NCBI GenBank assembly: GCA_963822445.1
Contig: CAWGHO010000003.1
Location: 544,001 to 608,000, forward strand
Reading direction: 5' to 3'
Source: an uncultured Acidobacteriota bacterium
GTDB taxonomy: Bacteria; Acidobacteriota; Thermoanaerobaculia; Gp7-AA8
Length of the DNA stretch: 64,000 nucleotides
How positions within the stretch are numbered: the first letter of the stretch is position 1; each line of letters opens with the position of its first letter. The notes beneath the pieces are model-generated. The model did no database searches, was not told the origin of the DNA, and worked only from the letters and a program-made list of their open reading frames with translations. This document shows positions 9,769 through 24,098 of this stretch, piece by piece. Both the position numbers and the translations under genes were made by a program.

Positions 9769-10602
9769 ATGGCTCTAGCGCGATCCGGCGCGCTCTGGCG
9801 CCGCATTTTCGTCCTGCTTCTGATCGCGACGGTCGCGACCTTCTTCTACTACGCGCGCAACGAGTTTCCGCACGGCGGATCGCGCATCGGGCTGCTCTAC
9901 GGAACGATCGGCTTCGCGCTGATTCTCCTGCTGTCCTTCTTCGGTATCCGCAAGCGCTGGTATCGCTCGACGTTCGGAACGCTCGAGCAATGGATGCAGT
10001 CCCACATCTGGCTGGGCGTGCTGGTGCTGATCATCCTGTTCTTTCACACCGGCGGGCGGTTCGAGGACAAGGTGGCCGTGGGCACGCTGATTCTCGTCGC
10101 CATCGTCGTGGCCAGCGGGGTCGTCGGCGCGATTCTGTACGTCACCGTTCCGCGGCTGCTCACTGAAGTGGAGAGCAACCTCACCGTCGACGAGATCGCC
10201 GATCAGCTCAACCAGCTCGCCAAGTCGATGGCTCGCATCGCCTCGGCCCGCTCCGCGCCCTTCCAGCGGATTCACGACGAACTGGCGAAGCAGGCCAACC
10301 CCGGTGTGCTCGCGGGATGGCGGTTGATCCTGTCGCGTCTCGGCCGCAAGAAGCAGAAGGACGCCTCCGACTGGACGCGGCTGATCGCGATTGTGCCGAA
10401 AGAGGAGCAGGACGAACTGCGCCAGATGCTGGTGCTCTCGCGTCAGCGACGCGAGTTGATGCTGCGCCTGATCTTCCAGCAGCGCTACAAGAACGTCCTC
10501 GAAGCCTGGCTGTACATCCACATCCCGTTCACTGTCGCCGTACTGGTCTTCTCGATCGTGCACATCGTCGCGGTCTTCTACTACGGGCGGGTGACCTGGT
10601 GA
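9769..10602 (+). CDS. Ferric-reductase-like / cytochrome b-like membrane protein (putative di-heme b)
   Basis: About 5 TM segments; two H-x13-H pairs (HIWLGVLVLIILFFH, HIPFTVAVLVFSIVH). Confidence 0.75.
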   Translation: MALARSGALWRRIFVLLLIATVATFFYYARNEFPHGGSRIGLLYGTIGFALILLLSFFGIRKRWYRSTFGTLEQWMQSHIWLGVLVLIILFFHTGGRFEDKVAVGTLILVAIVVASGVVGAILYVTVPRLLTEVESNLTVDEIADQLNQLAKSMARIASARSAPFQRIHDELAKQANPGVLAGWRLILSRLGRKKQKDASDWTRLIAIVPKEEQDELRQMLVLSRQRRELMLRLIFQQRYKNVLEAWLYIHIPFTVAVLVFSIVHIVAVFYYGRVTW

Positions 10603-12890
10603 GCTTCCTCATCCAGCGCACCGCCGGACGCAACCTGACCCTCACTCAGGTCGGCACGCCGTCGCTGCGCATCGGCCGCGGAACGAATCAGGATCTGCGC
10701 TCCGAGAATCCTGCCGTCGCACTCGAGCACGCGATCATCGAGAGCGACGCCGCCGGCTACGTCATCACCGACAAGGGCTCGATCACCGGCACGTACGTCA
10801 ACGGCAAGCCGGTCGAGGCATCGCGTCTGTCGAAAGGCGACGTCGTCGAGATCGGCGATCTGCGCCTGGAGATCCAGCTCGCCGATCCGAGCAAGCCGCT
10901 CTTCATCCGCGTCGCGCCCGCCCGCGCGGCGGCGCCGACTCTCGATCCGGAAGAGGAAGAGGACGCGATCGCCTCGCCGGCCGTCGCCGCCGGGAAACGC
11001 GTGGTGAAGGCGAAGCAGATCGATTACGTCGCTGCCTACCGTCTCAAACGTCCCTGGCTGACGAAGCTCAGCCTCACCGCCATTCTGCTGATCATCGCCC
11101 TGACCATCGTCGGCGAGTATCTCGTTCGCCCCGAGGCTCAGTCCGTGTTCATGCCGGGCGGGGTTTCTTCGGCGCATTCACGAGCGCGCGATCCGCAGGG
11201 ACGCATCGTCGGCAATCAATGCAGCACCTGCCACACGCCGTGGAAGAGCGTGACCGGCTCGAAGTGCACGAACTGCCACGGCCAGCACCAGCACGCGAAG
11301 TTCGAGAGCAATCCGCCGGCGTGCTACACGTGCCACGCCGAGCATCGCGGGCAGACCAGGCTCGCGACGATGTCCGATCAGCGTTGCTCCGGCTGTCACT
11401 CCGATCTCGCGGCCCACATGCGCGTTCCGCGCGCGGAAGCGGCGACGCTGAAGTTCGCGCAGCAGCGGTATGGATTCGAGCAGATCGCCCGCATCTCCAT
11501 GTTCGGCGACAAGACCCATCCCGAGTTCGCCTACCCGCCGGATCGCAACACGCTGCGGTTCAACCACAAGCTGCATCTGTCGCCGAAAGGTGTCTTCAAC
11601 GCCACGGGCAAACGGGAAGTGCTGGAGTGCACCGGGTGCCACGAAATGGTCGCGACGCGCGAGAAGTTCGACCCCGCGCCGATCGATTTCGAAAAGCACT
11701 GCCAGACCTGCCACCGCCTGACCTTCGACATCCGCTTTCCGAATGCGCAGGTGCCGCACGGCGGCGATCCGGACATCGTCTACGGCTTCATCGCCTCGTA
11801 CGCCGGCGATCCCACCATTGCCAGCCGCAGCGCGGCGGAGATCCGCCGCATGCTCTCCGCCCGCAAACGGGTCACCTCGGACGAGCGCGCTGTCATCGCC
11901 GCGGGGCAGGTCATCAAGACCAAATGCGAAAAGTGCCACGAGACCACGTCGCGCGGCGCGCGCCTGGCCGTCGTTCCGCCGGTGATTCCCGGCTCCTGGC
12001 TCACGCACGCGCGCTTCACGCACACCAGCCATCGGACGATGTCCTGTGACGCGTGTCACGCCGCGGCGCGGCAGAGCGCGGGCACGACCGAGCTCCTTCT
12101 GCCTGTGCAGGCGAATTGCACGGGATGCCATGCGAAAGACGCCAAAATCGCCCAGGCAGCCAGCACGTGTGTCGCGTGCCACGAGTATCATCTTCAGGCT
12201 GCGCAACCGGTTGCGGCGTCGCTCGCTCAGGCAGGCATGGGCGGGCTTGGAAGTGGAGGGCGAATGCTGCAGGGGATCCTGCTCGCGGTCATCGTGATCT
12301 TGCTGCTGGTGGTGCTGGTGCCCGTCGGCATCGCGCTGTTCCAGCGGCTGAAGCCCGAGCGTCCGACCGCGGCTCCGCGCGCGCGCAACGTTCCTCCGCC
12401 GATTCCGGTGATCGCGCCGACCGCCAAGATCGTCCGGCCTGATGGACCGACGGACAAGGTCAGCAAAGAGCCGCCACCGCCGCCGGACATCGTGCCGGCG
12501 CAAACCGTCGCGGCGACGAAGATCGCCTCCGTCGCCGAGATGGCCAAGCCGTCCAGCGAGCCGGTCGGAACGGAGATGGTGCAGTGGTACGGCATGCTTC
12601 ATTGCACCAGCGGCTCGCTGGAAGGACAGCGTTTCGTGGTCGAGGAAGAGGGCTTCTACATCGGCCGCGATCCGTCGCTGTCGAAGATCGTCATCGCCGA
12701 CACGCGCGTGTCCAAGCGCCACGTGCGGATCCTGCCGCGCGACGGAAAGGTCTGGGCCATCGACGAGGGGTCGACCAACGGGACCTTCATGGCTTCGGCG
12801 CCGGGACAGCGGATCACCGAAGTGCAGTTGAAGCGGGGCGATACCCTGGTGCTCGGGGATAACGCGGCGACATTCGTCTATCAGATATGA
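10599..12890 (+). CDS. FHA - TM - decaheme cytochrome c - TM - FHA protein
   Basis: GTGA-coupled start; 10 CxxCH (CSTCH, CTNCH, CYTCH, CSGCH, CTGCH, CQTCH, CEKCH, CDACH, CTGCH, CVACH) between two hydrophobic helices; FHA motifs at both ends. Confidence 0.88.
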   Translation: MSFLIQRTAGRNLTLTQVGTPSLRIGRGTNQDLRSENPAVALEHAIIESDAAGYVITDKGSITGTYVNGKPVEASRLSKGDVVEIGDLRLEIQLADPSKPLFIRVAPARAAAPTLDPEEEEDAIASPAVAAGKRVVKAKQIDYVAAYRLKRPWLTKLSLTAILLIIALTIVGEYLVRPEAQSVFMPGGVSSAHSRARDPQGRIVGNQCSTCHTPWKSVTGSKCTNCHGQHQHAKFESNPPACYTCHAEHRGQTRLATMSDQRCSGCHSDLAAHMRVPRAEAATLKFAQQRYGFEQIARISMFGDKTHPEFAYPPDRNTLRFNHKLHLSPKGVFNATGKREVLECTGCHEMVATREKFDPAPIDFEKHCQTCHRLTFDIRFPNAQVPHGGDPDIVYGFIASYAGDPTIASRSAAEIRRMLSARKRVTSDERAVIAAGQVIKTKCEKCHETTSRGARLAVVPPVIPGSWLTHARFTHTSHRTMSCDACHAAARQSAGTTELLLPVQANCTGCHAKDAKIAQAASTCVACHEYHLQAAQPVAASLAQAGMGGLGSGGRMLQGILLAVIVILLLVVLVPVGIALFQRLKPERPTAAPRARNVPPPIPVIAPTAKIVRPDGPTDKVSKEPPPPPDIVPAQTVAATKIASVAEMAKPSSEPVGTEMVQWYGMLHCTSGSLEGQRFVVEEEGFYIGRDPSLSKIVIADTRVSKRHVRILPRDGKVWAIDEGSTNGTFMASAPGQRITEVQLKRGDTLVLGDNAATFVYQI

Positions 12891-14545
12891 GAAGCGTCGC
12901 GCTGGTGTGCCTCCTCGCGGCGGCGCTCGACGTGACCGCCGCGCGTGTGCGCTCCGTGCGGCCGCGGATCAACGTGACTCCTGAGCCGGCGGCGTGCGCA
13001 CTGACTCCCGCTGCGCCTGAATCGTGTAGCGAAGGGGGAGCGGCGTACGCGGCGCTGTTGCCGTCCGAGGTCGACGCGATCGTTCGGGCCGCGGCGCGCT
13101 CGCTTGATTCCGACGCGATGACCATCGCCGTCGTCGATCGAGCCGGCCGCATCCTCGCCCTGTTCCGCAAGACCGGCGCGAACGCCGCGAATGACGACGT
13201 CGCGGTGGGCGTCGCTCGCACGGCCGCGTTTTTCAGTCACAACCAGGCCCCGCTTTCTTCGCGGACCGTGCGGTTCATCAGCGGCATTCACTTTCCGCCG
13301 GGCATCACCAACACCCCGAGCGCGGCGCTGTACGGAATCGAGAACACGAACCGCGGCTGTGATTTCAATGTGACCTTCAACGCCGGCAAATGCCTGCCGC
13401 GCGCCCGTCGCGTAAACGGACTGCGCTGCGATTCCGGCGATACCAGCGGTTGTGGTCCCGGCATCGTGACCGGCAAGGTCTTGCCGGACGATGGCGATGC
13501 CGGCAGTGTGAATCCCGGCGGCATTCCGCTGTATCGGTTCGAAAAAGGGTTGATCGGTGCGGTCGGCGTCGCCGGCGTTTCGGGCGATGCACAGGAGTTC
13601 GCCGCGGCGAGCGGTGCATTCGGCGCGATCGCGACGGGCGTTGCGCCAGTCCCCGTTTTTCCGCTTCCGCAGCCCGGCAACGTCTTCATCGACGGCATCC
13701 GTCTCCCGTTCCTCGGCCCCAACCTCAAGCTCGAATTCAACGCGAACGGCATTCCCAACGGCGTTCGACGGCTCAAAGATACGAATGCGGGTAGCGATGC
13801 CGGCGCGTTCGTGATCGCGCCGCAACACGGCGGTTGTGCGCCGAACGAATATCTGGTCGGTCCAGTTGCGGGGTCGAAACTCAACGTCGCCGACGTGACG
13901 GGGATCGTCGACCGGGCCATCGCCACGGCGAGGAAAACGCGGGCGGCGATCCGCCTGCCGTTGAATCGCTACGCGCGGATGGTCATCGCCGTGGCCGACG
14001 TCGACGGCTCGATCCTGGCCCTCTACCGCATGCCGGATGCGACTGTCTTTTCGATCGATGTCGCCGTCGCGAAATCGCGAAACGTCGTGTACTTCTCCGA
14101 ACAGGGATTGCCGGGACTGTCCGGTGGCACCGCGGTGTCCAATCGAACCATTGCGTTCGGGTCGCAGCCGTTCTTTCCCTCGGGCATCGACTCCAGCGTG
14201 CTCCATCCGCGACCGGGGCCGTGGTTCGACTCGCTCTTCGTCAACGATCTGAACAAACCCTGCTCGCAAGGCGGGCAGCTCACCAACGCGAATCAGAACG
14301 GCATCGTCTTCTTCGCCGGCTCCACGCCTCTCTATCGCGGAACGGAACTCGCCGGCGGCCTGGGCATCTCCGGCGACGGCATCGAGCAGGATGATTACGT
14401 CACGTACTTCGGCGCGGGGCCGTTCCTGCCCGCGCAGGAGTTGTGGGCAGATCGCATCAGAGTCGATGACGTGCGGTTGCCGATGTTCAAGTTCCCCCGT
14501 CATCCGGAAGGCGTCACGGAATGTGAGGGCGGCCCGTGCAACTGA
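12887..14545 (+). CDS. Secreted double GlcG/HbpS-type heme-binding domain protein
   Basis: Signal peptide; two repeats IAV.D..G.ILAL.R ... GG/GS.PLY....G..G.(A/S)G; C-terminal GISGDGIEQDD. Confidence 0.82.
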   Translation: MRSVALVCLLAAALDVTAARVRSVRPRINVTPEPAACALTPAAPESCSEGGAAYAALLPSEVDAIVRAAARSLDSDAMTIAVVDRAGRILALFRKTGANAANDDVAVGVARTAAFFSHNQAPLSSRTVRFISGIHFPPGITNTPSAALYGIENTNRGCDFNVTFNAGKCLPRARRVNGLRCDSGDTSGCGPGIVTGKVLPDDGDAGSVNPGGIPLYRFEKGLIGAVGVAGVSGDAQEFAAASGAFGAIATGVAPVPVFPLPQPGNVFIDGIRLPFLGPNLKLEFNANGIPNGVRRLKDTNAGSDAGAFVIAPQHGGCAPNEYLVGPVAGSKLNVADVTGIVDRAIATARKTRAAIRLPLNRYARMVIAVADVDGSILALYRMPDATVFSIDVAVAKSRNVVYFSEQGLPGLSGGTAVSNRTIAFGSQPFFPSGIDSSVLHPRPGPWFDSLFVNDLNKPCSQGGQLTNANQNGIVFFAGSTPLYRGTELAGGLGISGDGIEQDDYVTYFGAGPFLPAQELWADRIRVDDVRLPMFKFPRHPEGVTECEGGPCN

Positions 14546-16441
14546 TCGCGGCGTTCGTCCTCGCCCAGCTCCTCAGTGATCAGGTGATCTTCACCGACCA
14601 GATCCCCTTTACCCTGACCGGCACCACCCAATCCGCCCCCGGCACACCCGTTCGCATCTTCATCGAGAACGCAAAGGCCGAGACCACCGTCGCCGCCGAC
14701 CGCACCTGGTCGATGTTCTGGACCCCGCCGTTGAAAACGGGCACGTACGACGTGCGCATCGAGATCGACGGCGTCACCGAGACCCGTCTGTTGCGCGTCC
14801 AACTCAAAGGGCCTTTGCCGCGGCAATCTGGAATCGAGCCGCAGCTGCGGTTCCCCGATCCGCTTTCGCCCGAGCCGTCATTGCAGGAGATGACCGATCG
14901 CTGGCGCATCGTCCCGCCGGCGTACGAGCTCGACGAGCCCTCGCGCGGCCGCCTCGATCCGTACAACCGCAACATCCTCAAGGGCGACTACCCGATCCTG
15001 AACGACGACACGTTCCTCGTGCTCACCGGCATCAGCGACTCGCTCGTGGAATCGCGCACGCTGCCGACGCCGTCCGGGCCGAGCTCCGCGCGTCCGGGCA
15101 GCTTCCCCTTCTTCGGCAGCGAAGATCAGGGGGTCTTCGTCCAGAACGTGATCGTCTCCGTCGATCTCTACCAGGGCAACACGACCTTCCAACCGGTCAA
15201 GCAGCGACTGAAGGCGACGCTGGTGGGCAATCTCAATCACGTGCGCGTCGAAGAAAACGCGATTCTCAAGCCGGACGTGCGCCGCGGCACGGAACGCACC
15301 GACGCCCGCATCTCGCTGCAGGAAGTCTTCTACGAGCGCAAGCTGCGCGACCTGTCGCCGAACTATGACTTCCTCTCCATCCGCGCCGGCGTGCAGCCGT
15401 TTTCCAGCGACTTCCGAGGCTTCATCTTCACCGACACGAACCTCGGCATCCGCGCCTTCGGCAACTACGCCTCGAATCGCTTCCAGTACAACCTGGCCTT
15501 CTTCGACCGATTGGAGAAGGACACCAACTCCGGCTTGAACATCCTCGACGACATCCGCGAGCAACGCGTCGCCGTCGCGAACTTCTACTGGCAGGACTTC
15601 ATCCGCAAGGGTTTCACGCAGCAGTTCTCGATTCACCACATGCGCGATGAAGCGACGGTGAAGTACGACCGCAACGGCTTCCTCGTGCGGCCTGCGCCGG
15701 TGGGCGCGGCAACGCCGCACGACATTCACGCAACCTACCTCGGCGCCGCCGGGCTCGGACACTTCGGCCGCATCAACGTCGACTACGCGACGTATCTCGT
15801 CTTCGGCCGCGACTCCTTGAATCCGATCGCCGGTCCCGATCCCGAATTGCGACGCGGCGACGCGGTGAACATCGGCGCAGGCATGGTCGCGCTCGAAGTC
15901 TCGTACGACCGCGACTGGCTCCGCCCGCGGATCGGTTTTTTCTACGCGAGCGGCGATCGCAATCCTCGCGATCGCACGGCCCGCGGCTTCGACGCGATTT
16001 ACGACTCACCGGCCTTTGCCGGCGGCGGCTTTTCCTTTTTCAACAGGCTCGGCATCCGCCTGGCCGGCAGTGGCGTGGCTCTCGTCGAGCGCGGCAGTCT
16101 TCTGCCGTCCTTGCGCAGCAGCAAGGACGAAGGGCAGCCGAATTACGTGAATCCCGGTCTGCAACTAGCGACGATCGGCCTCGACGTCGAAGTCACGCCG
16201 CGGCTCAAGGCGATCTTCACCGGCAACTACATCCGCCTCGACGCCGTCGAGCCGGTCGAGGAAGTGTTGTTCCAGGGCGACATCAGCCACGAGATCGGGA
16301 CCGATCTCTCCGCCGGCCTCCGCTACCGTCCGTTTCTCAGCAACAACGTGATCCTCGTCGGCGGCGTGGCCGCGCTGATCCCGGGCCAGGGCTTCAAAGA
16401 CATCTACGAGCGCAACGATCCGCTGTACCACCTCTTCACCA

Positions 16442-16461
<20 letters not shown>
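14536..16461 (+). CDS. Outer-membrane beta-barrel protein with N-terminal Ig-like domain
   Basis: Signal-like N-terminus; Ig-like segment (FTLTGTT..PG...LKTGTYDVRI); amphipathic beta strands; C-terminal Phe (TNVILQF). Confidence 0.7.
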
Positions 16462-19985
<3,524 letters not shown>

Positions 19986-19989
<4 letters not shown>

Positions 19990-21287
19990 AACGCGTGTTG
20001 CTCATCTCAATCATCTGCGCCGCAGCAGTGGGTATCGCGCAACAACCCACCCAGCAACCCAGCAACTCAGCAACCCAGCAACCCAATAAATACATCGGCG
20101 TTGCCACCTGCGTCAGCTCCGGCTGCCACGGCTCCACCGAGCCTCTCAACGCCTCCCGCGTCCTGCAGAACGAGTACTACACCTGGCTGAACAACGATCG
20201 CCATTCCCAGGCATACAACGTCCTCTTCAACGATCGCTCCGCGCGGATTGCGAAGAACATGCGCCTCAGGAAGCGCGCGTATGAAGAAGCGGCATGTCTC
20301 GATTGCCACACCACCAACGTTCCCGCTAGCGAAGTCGAAGGGCGCATCGATCCCGAAGACGGGATCCAGTGCGAGGCCTGTCACGGTCCGGCCAGCGGCT
20401 GGCGCGCTGAGCACACCGAGGAAGGGTGGACGCATGCGCAGTCCGTCGAGCGGGGGATGATCGATCTCACCAGCGTTCCTGTGCGCGCCCACATGTGTCA
20501 CCGCTGCCATCTCGGCAACGCGCAGAAGGAAGTCGATCACGAGCTCATCGCCGCCGGGCATCCGCTGCTGGCCTTCGAGCTCGACAACTTCACCGAATCA
20601 ATGCCGCCGCATTGGACGCCGAATCGAGCCACGCACGGCGTGAATGCCTGGGCCGTCGGACAGGTGATGAAGTTCCGCGACTCCCTCGGCAACCTCGCCC
20701 GTCACGCGCGCGGCAACGAGTGGCCCGAGTTCAGCGACATGAGCTGCTACAACTGCCATCACACGCTCAAAGGCAGCGAATGGCGTCAGCGTCGCGGCTG
20801 GCCCGATCGCGCCGGCCTGCCGTCGTGGTCCCCGCAACATTGGGCGATGTTGCGATTGCTGATCGGCCGCGTGTCCCCGCAGTCGCGGGATGAGCTCGAC
20901 GGACTGGTCGCGCAGATCGCGCGCGGAGTCGCGCGCATGAACGAGCCCGCCGCGGTCGCCGCGAACGCGGATCGGGCGCGCAGCATCGTTCACAACCTGG
21001 TGCCGCGCTTCGAATCGCAACGTTGGACCGACGCGGAAATCCGCGCGATCATGACCGCCATCGCCAGCGACCGCGCCTTCCTCGAGGCTGCCGACGTGCA
21101 CGTCGCGGAGCAATCCGCGCTGGCTCTGCAGAGCCTCGCCACGTCGCTCACCCGTCGCAATCCGCGCCTGCTGCGCGGCCCGATGATGCGCTCGATCGAC
21201 GCGCTGTTCGAAGAGGTGAAGAGTCGCGATGACTTTGATCCGGCGAGGTTCGGCGAGAAGCTGGCGGCTGTGAAAGCGGCCATTTAA
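19986..21287 (+). CDS. Cytochrome c554-like multiheme protein
   Basis: Signal peptide; YIGVATCVSSGCHG, CLDCH, GIQCEACHGPAS, CHRCH, CYNCH; ATGA overlap. Confidence 0.85.
20049..20084 (+). repeat. Octamer tandem repeat (ACCCAGCA, 4 copies) inside CDS
   Basis: ACCCAGCA x2, ACTCAGCA, ACCCAGCA; encodes a Q/P/N linker after the signal peptide. Confidence 0.75.
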
Positions 21288-21288
21288 G

Positions 21289-21377
21289 TGGAGTGCGGCG
21301 GCTCTGCCGCCGCTTTCACACGCGCCGGAGGCGCGCTCCGCGCGCTGCCAAAGCGGCGGCAGAGCCGCCGCACTCCA
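21289..21377. repeat. REP doublet: perfect 28-bp inverted repeat
   Basis: TGGAGTGCGGCGGCTCTGCCGCCGCTTT (21289-21316) and exact complement (21350-21377); each arm is itself a hairpin. Confidence 0.9.
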
Positions 21378-21391
21378 ATAGAATCGCCCGC

Positions 21392-22648
21392 GTGTCCATC
21401 GCCGAATTCCTCCTGGCCCTGATCGCGATCTTCGTCGCTGCGAAAGTCTTCGGCGAGATCGCCGAGCGTTTCGGCCAGCCCGCGGTCCTCGGCGAGTTGA
21501 TCGGCGGGGTAGTCGTCGGCGTGTCCGGCCTGCATCTCGTCGATCCGCACAACATCACCATCCACCTGCTCTCCGAGCTCGGCGTCATCCTTCTGTTGTT
21601 CCTGATTGGCCTCGAGACCGACCTCCGCAAGCTCATGCAGGTCGGCGGTTCGGCAACGGCCGTGGCTCTCGTCGGCGTCGTTCTGCCATTTCTCGGCGGG
21701 CTCGCCTTCGGTCATCTCATGGGCATGCGAATGATGGTCGCGGTTTTCCTCGGCGCGGCGCTCACCGCGACGTCGGTCGGCATCACCGCGCGCGTGCTCT
21801 CCGACCTCGGCCATCTCAAAGACGACGAATCGCAGGTGATCCTCGGCGCGGCCGTCGTCGACGACATCATCGGCCTGGTCCTGCTGACCATCGTCGGAAC
21901 GCTTGCGAGCGGCGGCGAGCTGACCATCCTCGGCGTCGGCAAGATCGTGCTGATCGGTTTCGGATTCGTGCTGCTGGCCATCGTGATCGGATCGCAACTC
22001 GCGCCGATGCTCATCAGGGCGATCGACCGAATCGAGATGAATCGCGGCCTTTTCTTCTCCGCGCTCATCTTTGCCCTGCTGCTTGCTTATCTCGCCCACA
22101 GAGTCGGCTCGGCGGTCATCATCGGCGCGTTCGCGGCGGGACTCGTCCTGGCCCGCACGCATCGCGGCAAGGAGATCGAGCGCGAAGTGCACGACGTCGC
22201 GCAGTTCTTCATCCCCATTTTCTTCGTCGTGGTCGGGGCGGCCGTCGATCTTCGCAGCATCAATCCCTTCGATCCGAACGCACGCAAGTACCTCTGGATC
22301 GGCCTTGCGCTGACGGTGGTCGGCGTCCTCGGCAAAGTCGCCGCGGGGTATGTCGTCTCGGGAAAGAAGCTGCGGCGGATCGTGATCGGAGTAGGGATGA
22401 TCCCGCGTGGCGAGGTCGGCCTGATCTTCGCCACCATCGGCCTCACATCCGGCCTGCTCGACGCTGGCCTCTACAGCGCCGTGGCGCTGATGGTGATGCT
22501 GACCACATTCATCGCCCCTCCGCTGCTCCGGCGTCTGCTGGTTCCAGGAACACCGGAGCAGGTGAGGGGCGGGCGCGCCGAGTACGTGATGGACGCGCCG
22601 ATGGATGATGACGAGGACGAAGACGGGCCTACGTTACCCGCCTCTTGA
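21392..22648 (+). CDS. Cation:proton antiporter (CPA2 family)
   Basis: About 12 TM; GQPAVLGELIGG, TATSVGIT, AAVVDD, GMIPRGEV motifs. Confidence 0.92.
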   Translation: MSIAEFLLALIAIFVAAKVFGEIAERFGQPAVLGELIGGVVVGVSGLHLVDPHNITIHLLSELGVILLLFLIGLETDLRKLMQVGGSATAVALVGVVLPFLGGLAFGHLMGMRMMVAVFLGAALTATSVGITARVLSDLGHLKDDESQVILGAAVVDDIIGLVLLTIVGTLASGGELTILGVGKIVLIGFGFVLLAIVIGSQLAPMLIRAIDRIEMNRGLFFSALIFALLLAYLAHRVGSAVIIGAFAAGLVLARTHRGKEIEREVHDVAQFFIPIFFVVVGAAVDLRSINPFDPNARKYLWIGLALTVVGVLGKVAAGYVVSGKKLRRIVIGVGMIPRGEVGLIFATIGLTSGLLDAGLYSAVALMVMLTTFIAPPLLRRLLVPGTPEQVRGGRAEYVMDAPMDDDEDEDGPTLPAS

Positions 22649-23423
22649 CGTCCTGAAACTCCGGCTCGTCGGTGATCACGTTCCGTCCCTGAAGCTGCGC
22701 CGCGCGGTTCCGCGCATCACGAACCCGCTCCTCGGTGAGCGGATGCGTCGAGAAAAAGGCCTCGACCCGTCCCGGCGATCCCTTGCTGTGTTCCATCAGC
22801 TCCTCGAACATCGTGGCCATGCCGATCGGGTTGTAGCCGGCTTCGTACATCGCCCGGATTCCGAGCTCGTCGGCCTCCCGCTCGGCTTCGCGGCTGAATC
22901 GCGCCAGCGCACCCGAACCGACGATCTGCGCGGCGAGCTTCGCGAGATCGTTCGGGTTCTGGCCGAGGACGAGCGAGGCGAGGATGCTCAGGCCGTATTG
23001 CTTGGAAATCTGCTCGGTCGAATGGCGCGCCAGGACGTGACTGATCTCATGGGCCATGACGCCGGCGAGCTCCGAGGCGTTGTCGGAGTTGGCGATGAGG
23101 CCCGTGTGCACGTAGACGTGGCCGCCCGGAACAGCGAAGGCGTTGATCGATGGATCGTCGACGACGTAGAAGTTCCACGGCAGGTTGGCCATGTTCGTGG
23201 TCGCGACGATCCGCTGCCCCATGTTGCGGACGTACGCATTCAGCGCCGGATCGTTGTTGATCCGAACCTGACTGGCTATCTCGCGGGAGAGTTGCTGGCC
23301 GAGCTGCCATTCCTCCTCGAGCGAGATCAGATTGAAGTCGCCGCCGCCGCCCGCCGATCCGCAATTCAGCGAGAGGAGTGTGACGAGCGCGAGAGCGAGA
23401 GTACTTCTGTAATGCGTCTTCAT
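22629..23423 (-). CDS. M48 family metallopeptidase lipoprotein
   Basis: Lipobox LSLNC; NAFAVPGG, AHEISH (HExxH), SREAEREAD, STHP. Confidence 0.92.
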   Translation of the reverse strand: MKTHYRSTLALALVTLLSLNCGSAGGGGDFNLISLEEEWQLGQQLSREIASQVRINNDPALNAYVRNMGQRIVATTNMANLPWNFYVVDDPSINAFAVPGGHVYVHTGLIANSDNASELAGVMAHEISHVLARHSTEQISKQYGLSILASLVLGQNPNDLAKLAAQIVGSGALARFSREAEREADELGIRAMYEAGYNPIGMATMFEELMEHSKGSPGRVEAFFSTHPLTEERVRDARNRAAQLQGRNVITDEPEFQDVKRRVT

Positions 23424-23450
23424 GAGGGCACTGCGGTGCAATGAGAACGC

Positions 23451-24053
23451 CTACCGCGTCCGGGACAGCCCGCTGAGCTCGCGGGCGATGTTCTCGCGGG
23501 CCTGGCGCTCGAATCGCGCGTAGAACGCCTCACTCGCGTAAAGCCGCGGACGCGCGAGAAAGTGGTCGAGGATGGCCGCCCGTGCTCCGCGAAAGAACGC
23601 GTCGGGAACGTGCTCGTACTCGCGGCGGACTTCTGCGGTGTACTCCTGATAGCGCTCCGGCGTGCTGCCGAGGATGGACAGATCGGCATCGAGGAAAGCA
23701 TGGAATCGCGAATCGACCCGGGCTGGATCGTGGGTCTTCGTCGCCAGGATGAGACTCTCGACGATGCCGATCGTCTCCGGCGGGAATCGCAACTCGGTCA
23801 GTGCCTGGCGGGCCAGGATCGCGCTCTGCTCCTCGTTGGAGGATCCGCCGTAAACCGCGTCGTGGAACCAGACCGCGGCGAGCACCGTCTCATCCGCGTG
23901 CGGCAAAAGGTCCAGCATTTCCTCGAGATGGCGGAGCGTGTGGTAGTGCCGGTGCTCCTCGCCGTAGCGCGACGCCAGGTCGTGCCACCAGCGCTCGGCC
24001 ACCGCAACGTCGGCGCCATGAGCGAGGGCGAACCCGAGGAATCCGTCGCGCAC
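23451..24053 (-). CDS. HD-superfamily metal-dependent phosphohydrolase (COG4339-like)
   Basis: RHYHTLRH, WFHDAVY, NEEQSA, LDADLSILG, VRREY motifs; start uncertain. Confidence 0.85.
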   Translation of the reverse strand: MRDGFLGFALAHGADVAVAERWWHDLASRYGEEHRHYHTLRHLEEMLDLLPHADETVLAAVWFHDAVYGGSSNEEQSAILARQALTELRFPPETIGIVESLILATKTHDPARVDSRFHAFLDADLSILGSTPERYQEYTAEVRREYEHVPDAFFRGARAAILDHFLARPRLYASEAFYARFERQARENIARELSGLSRTR

Positions 24054-24098
24054 CGTAAATTGGAAGCGAGGCGTGAGCGCGGTTGTTCCCGACCGCGG

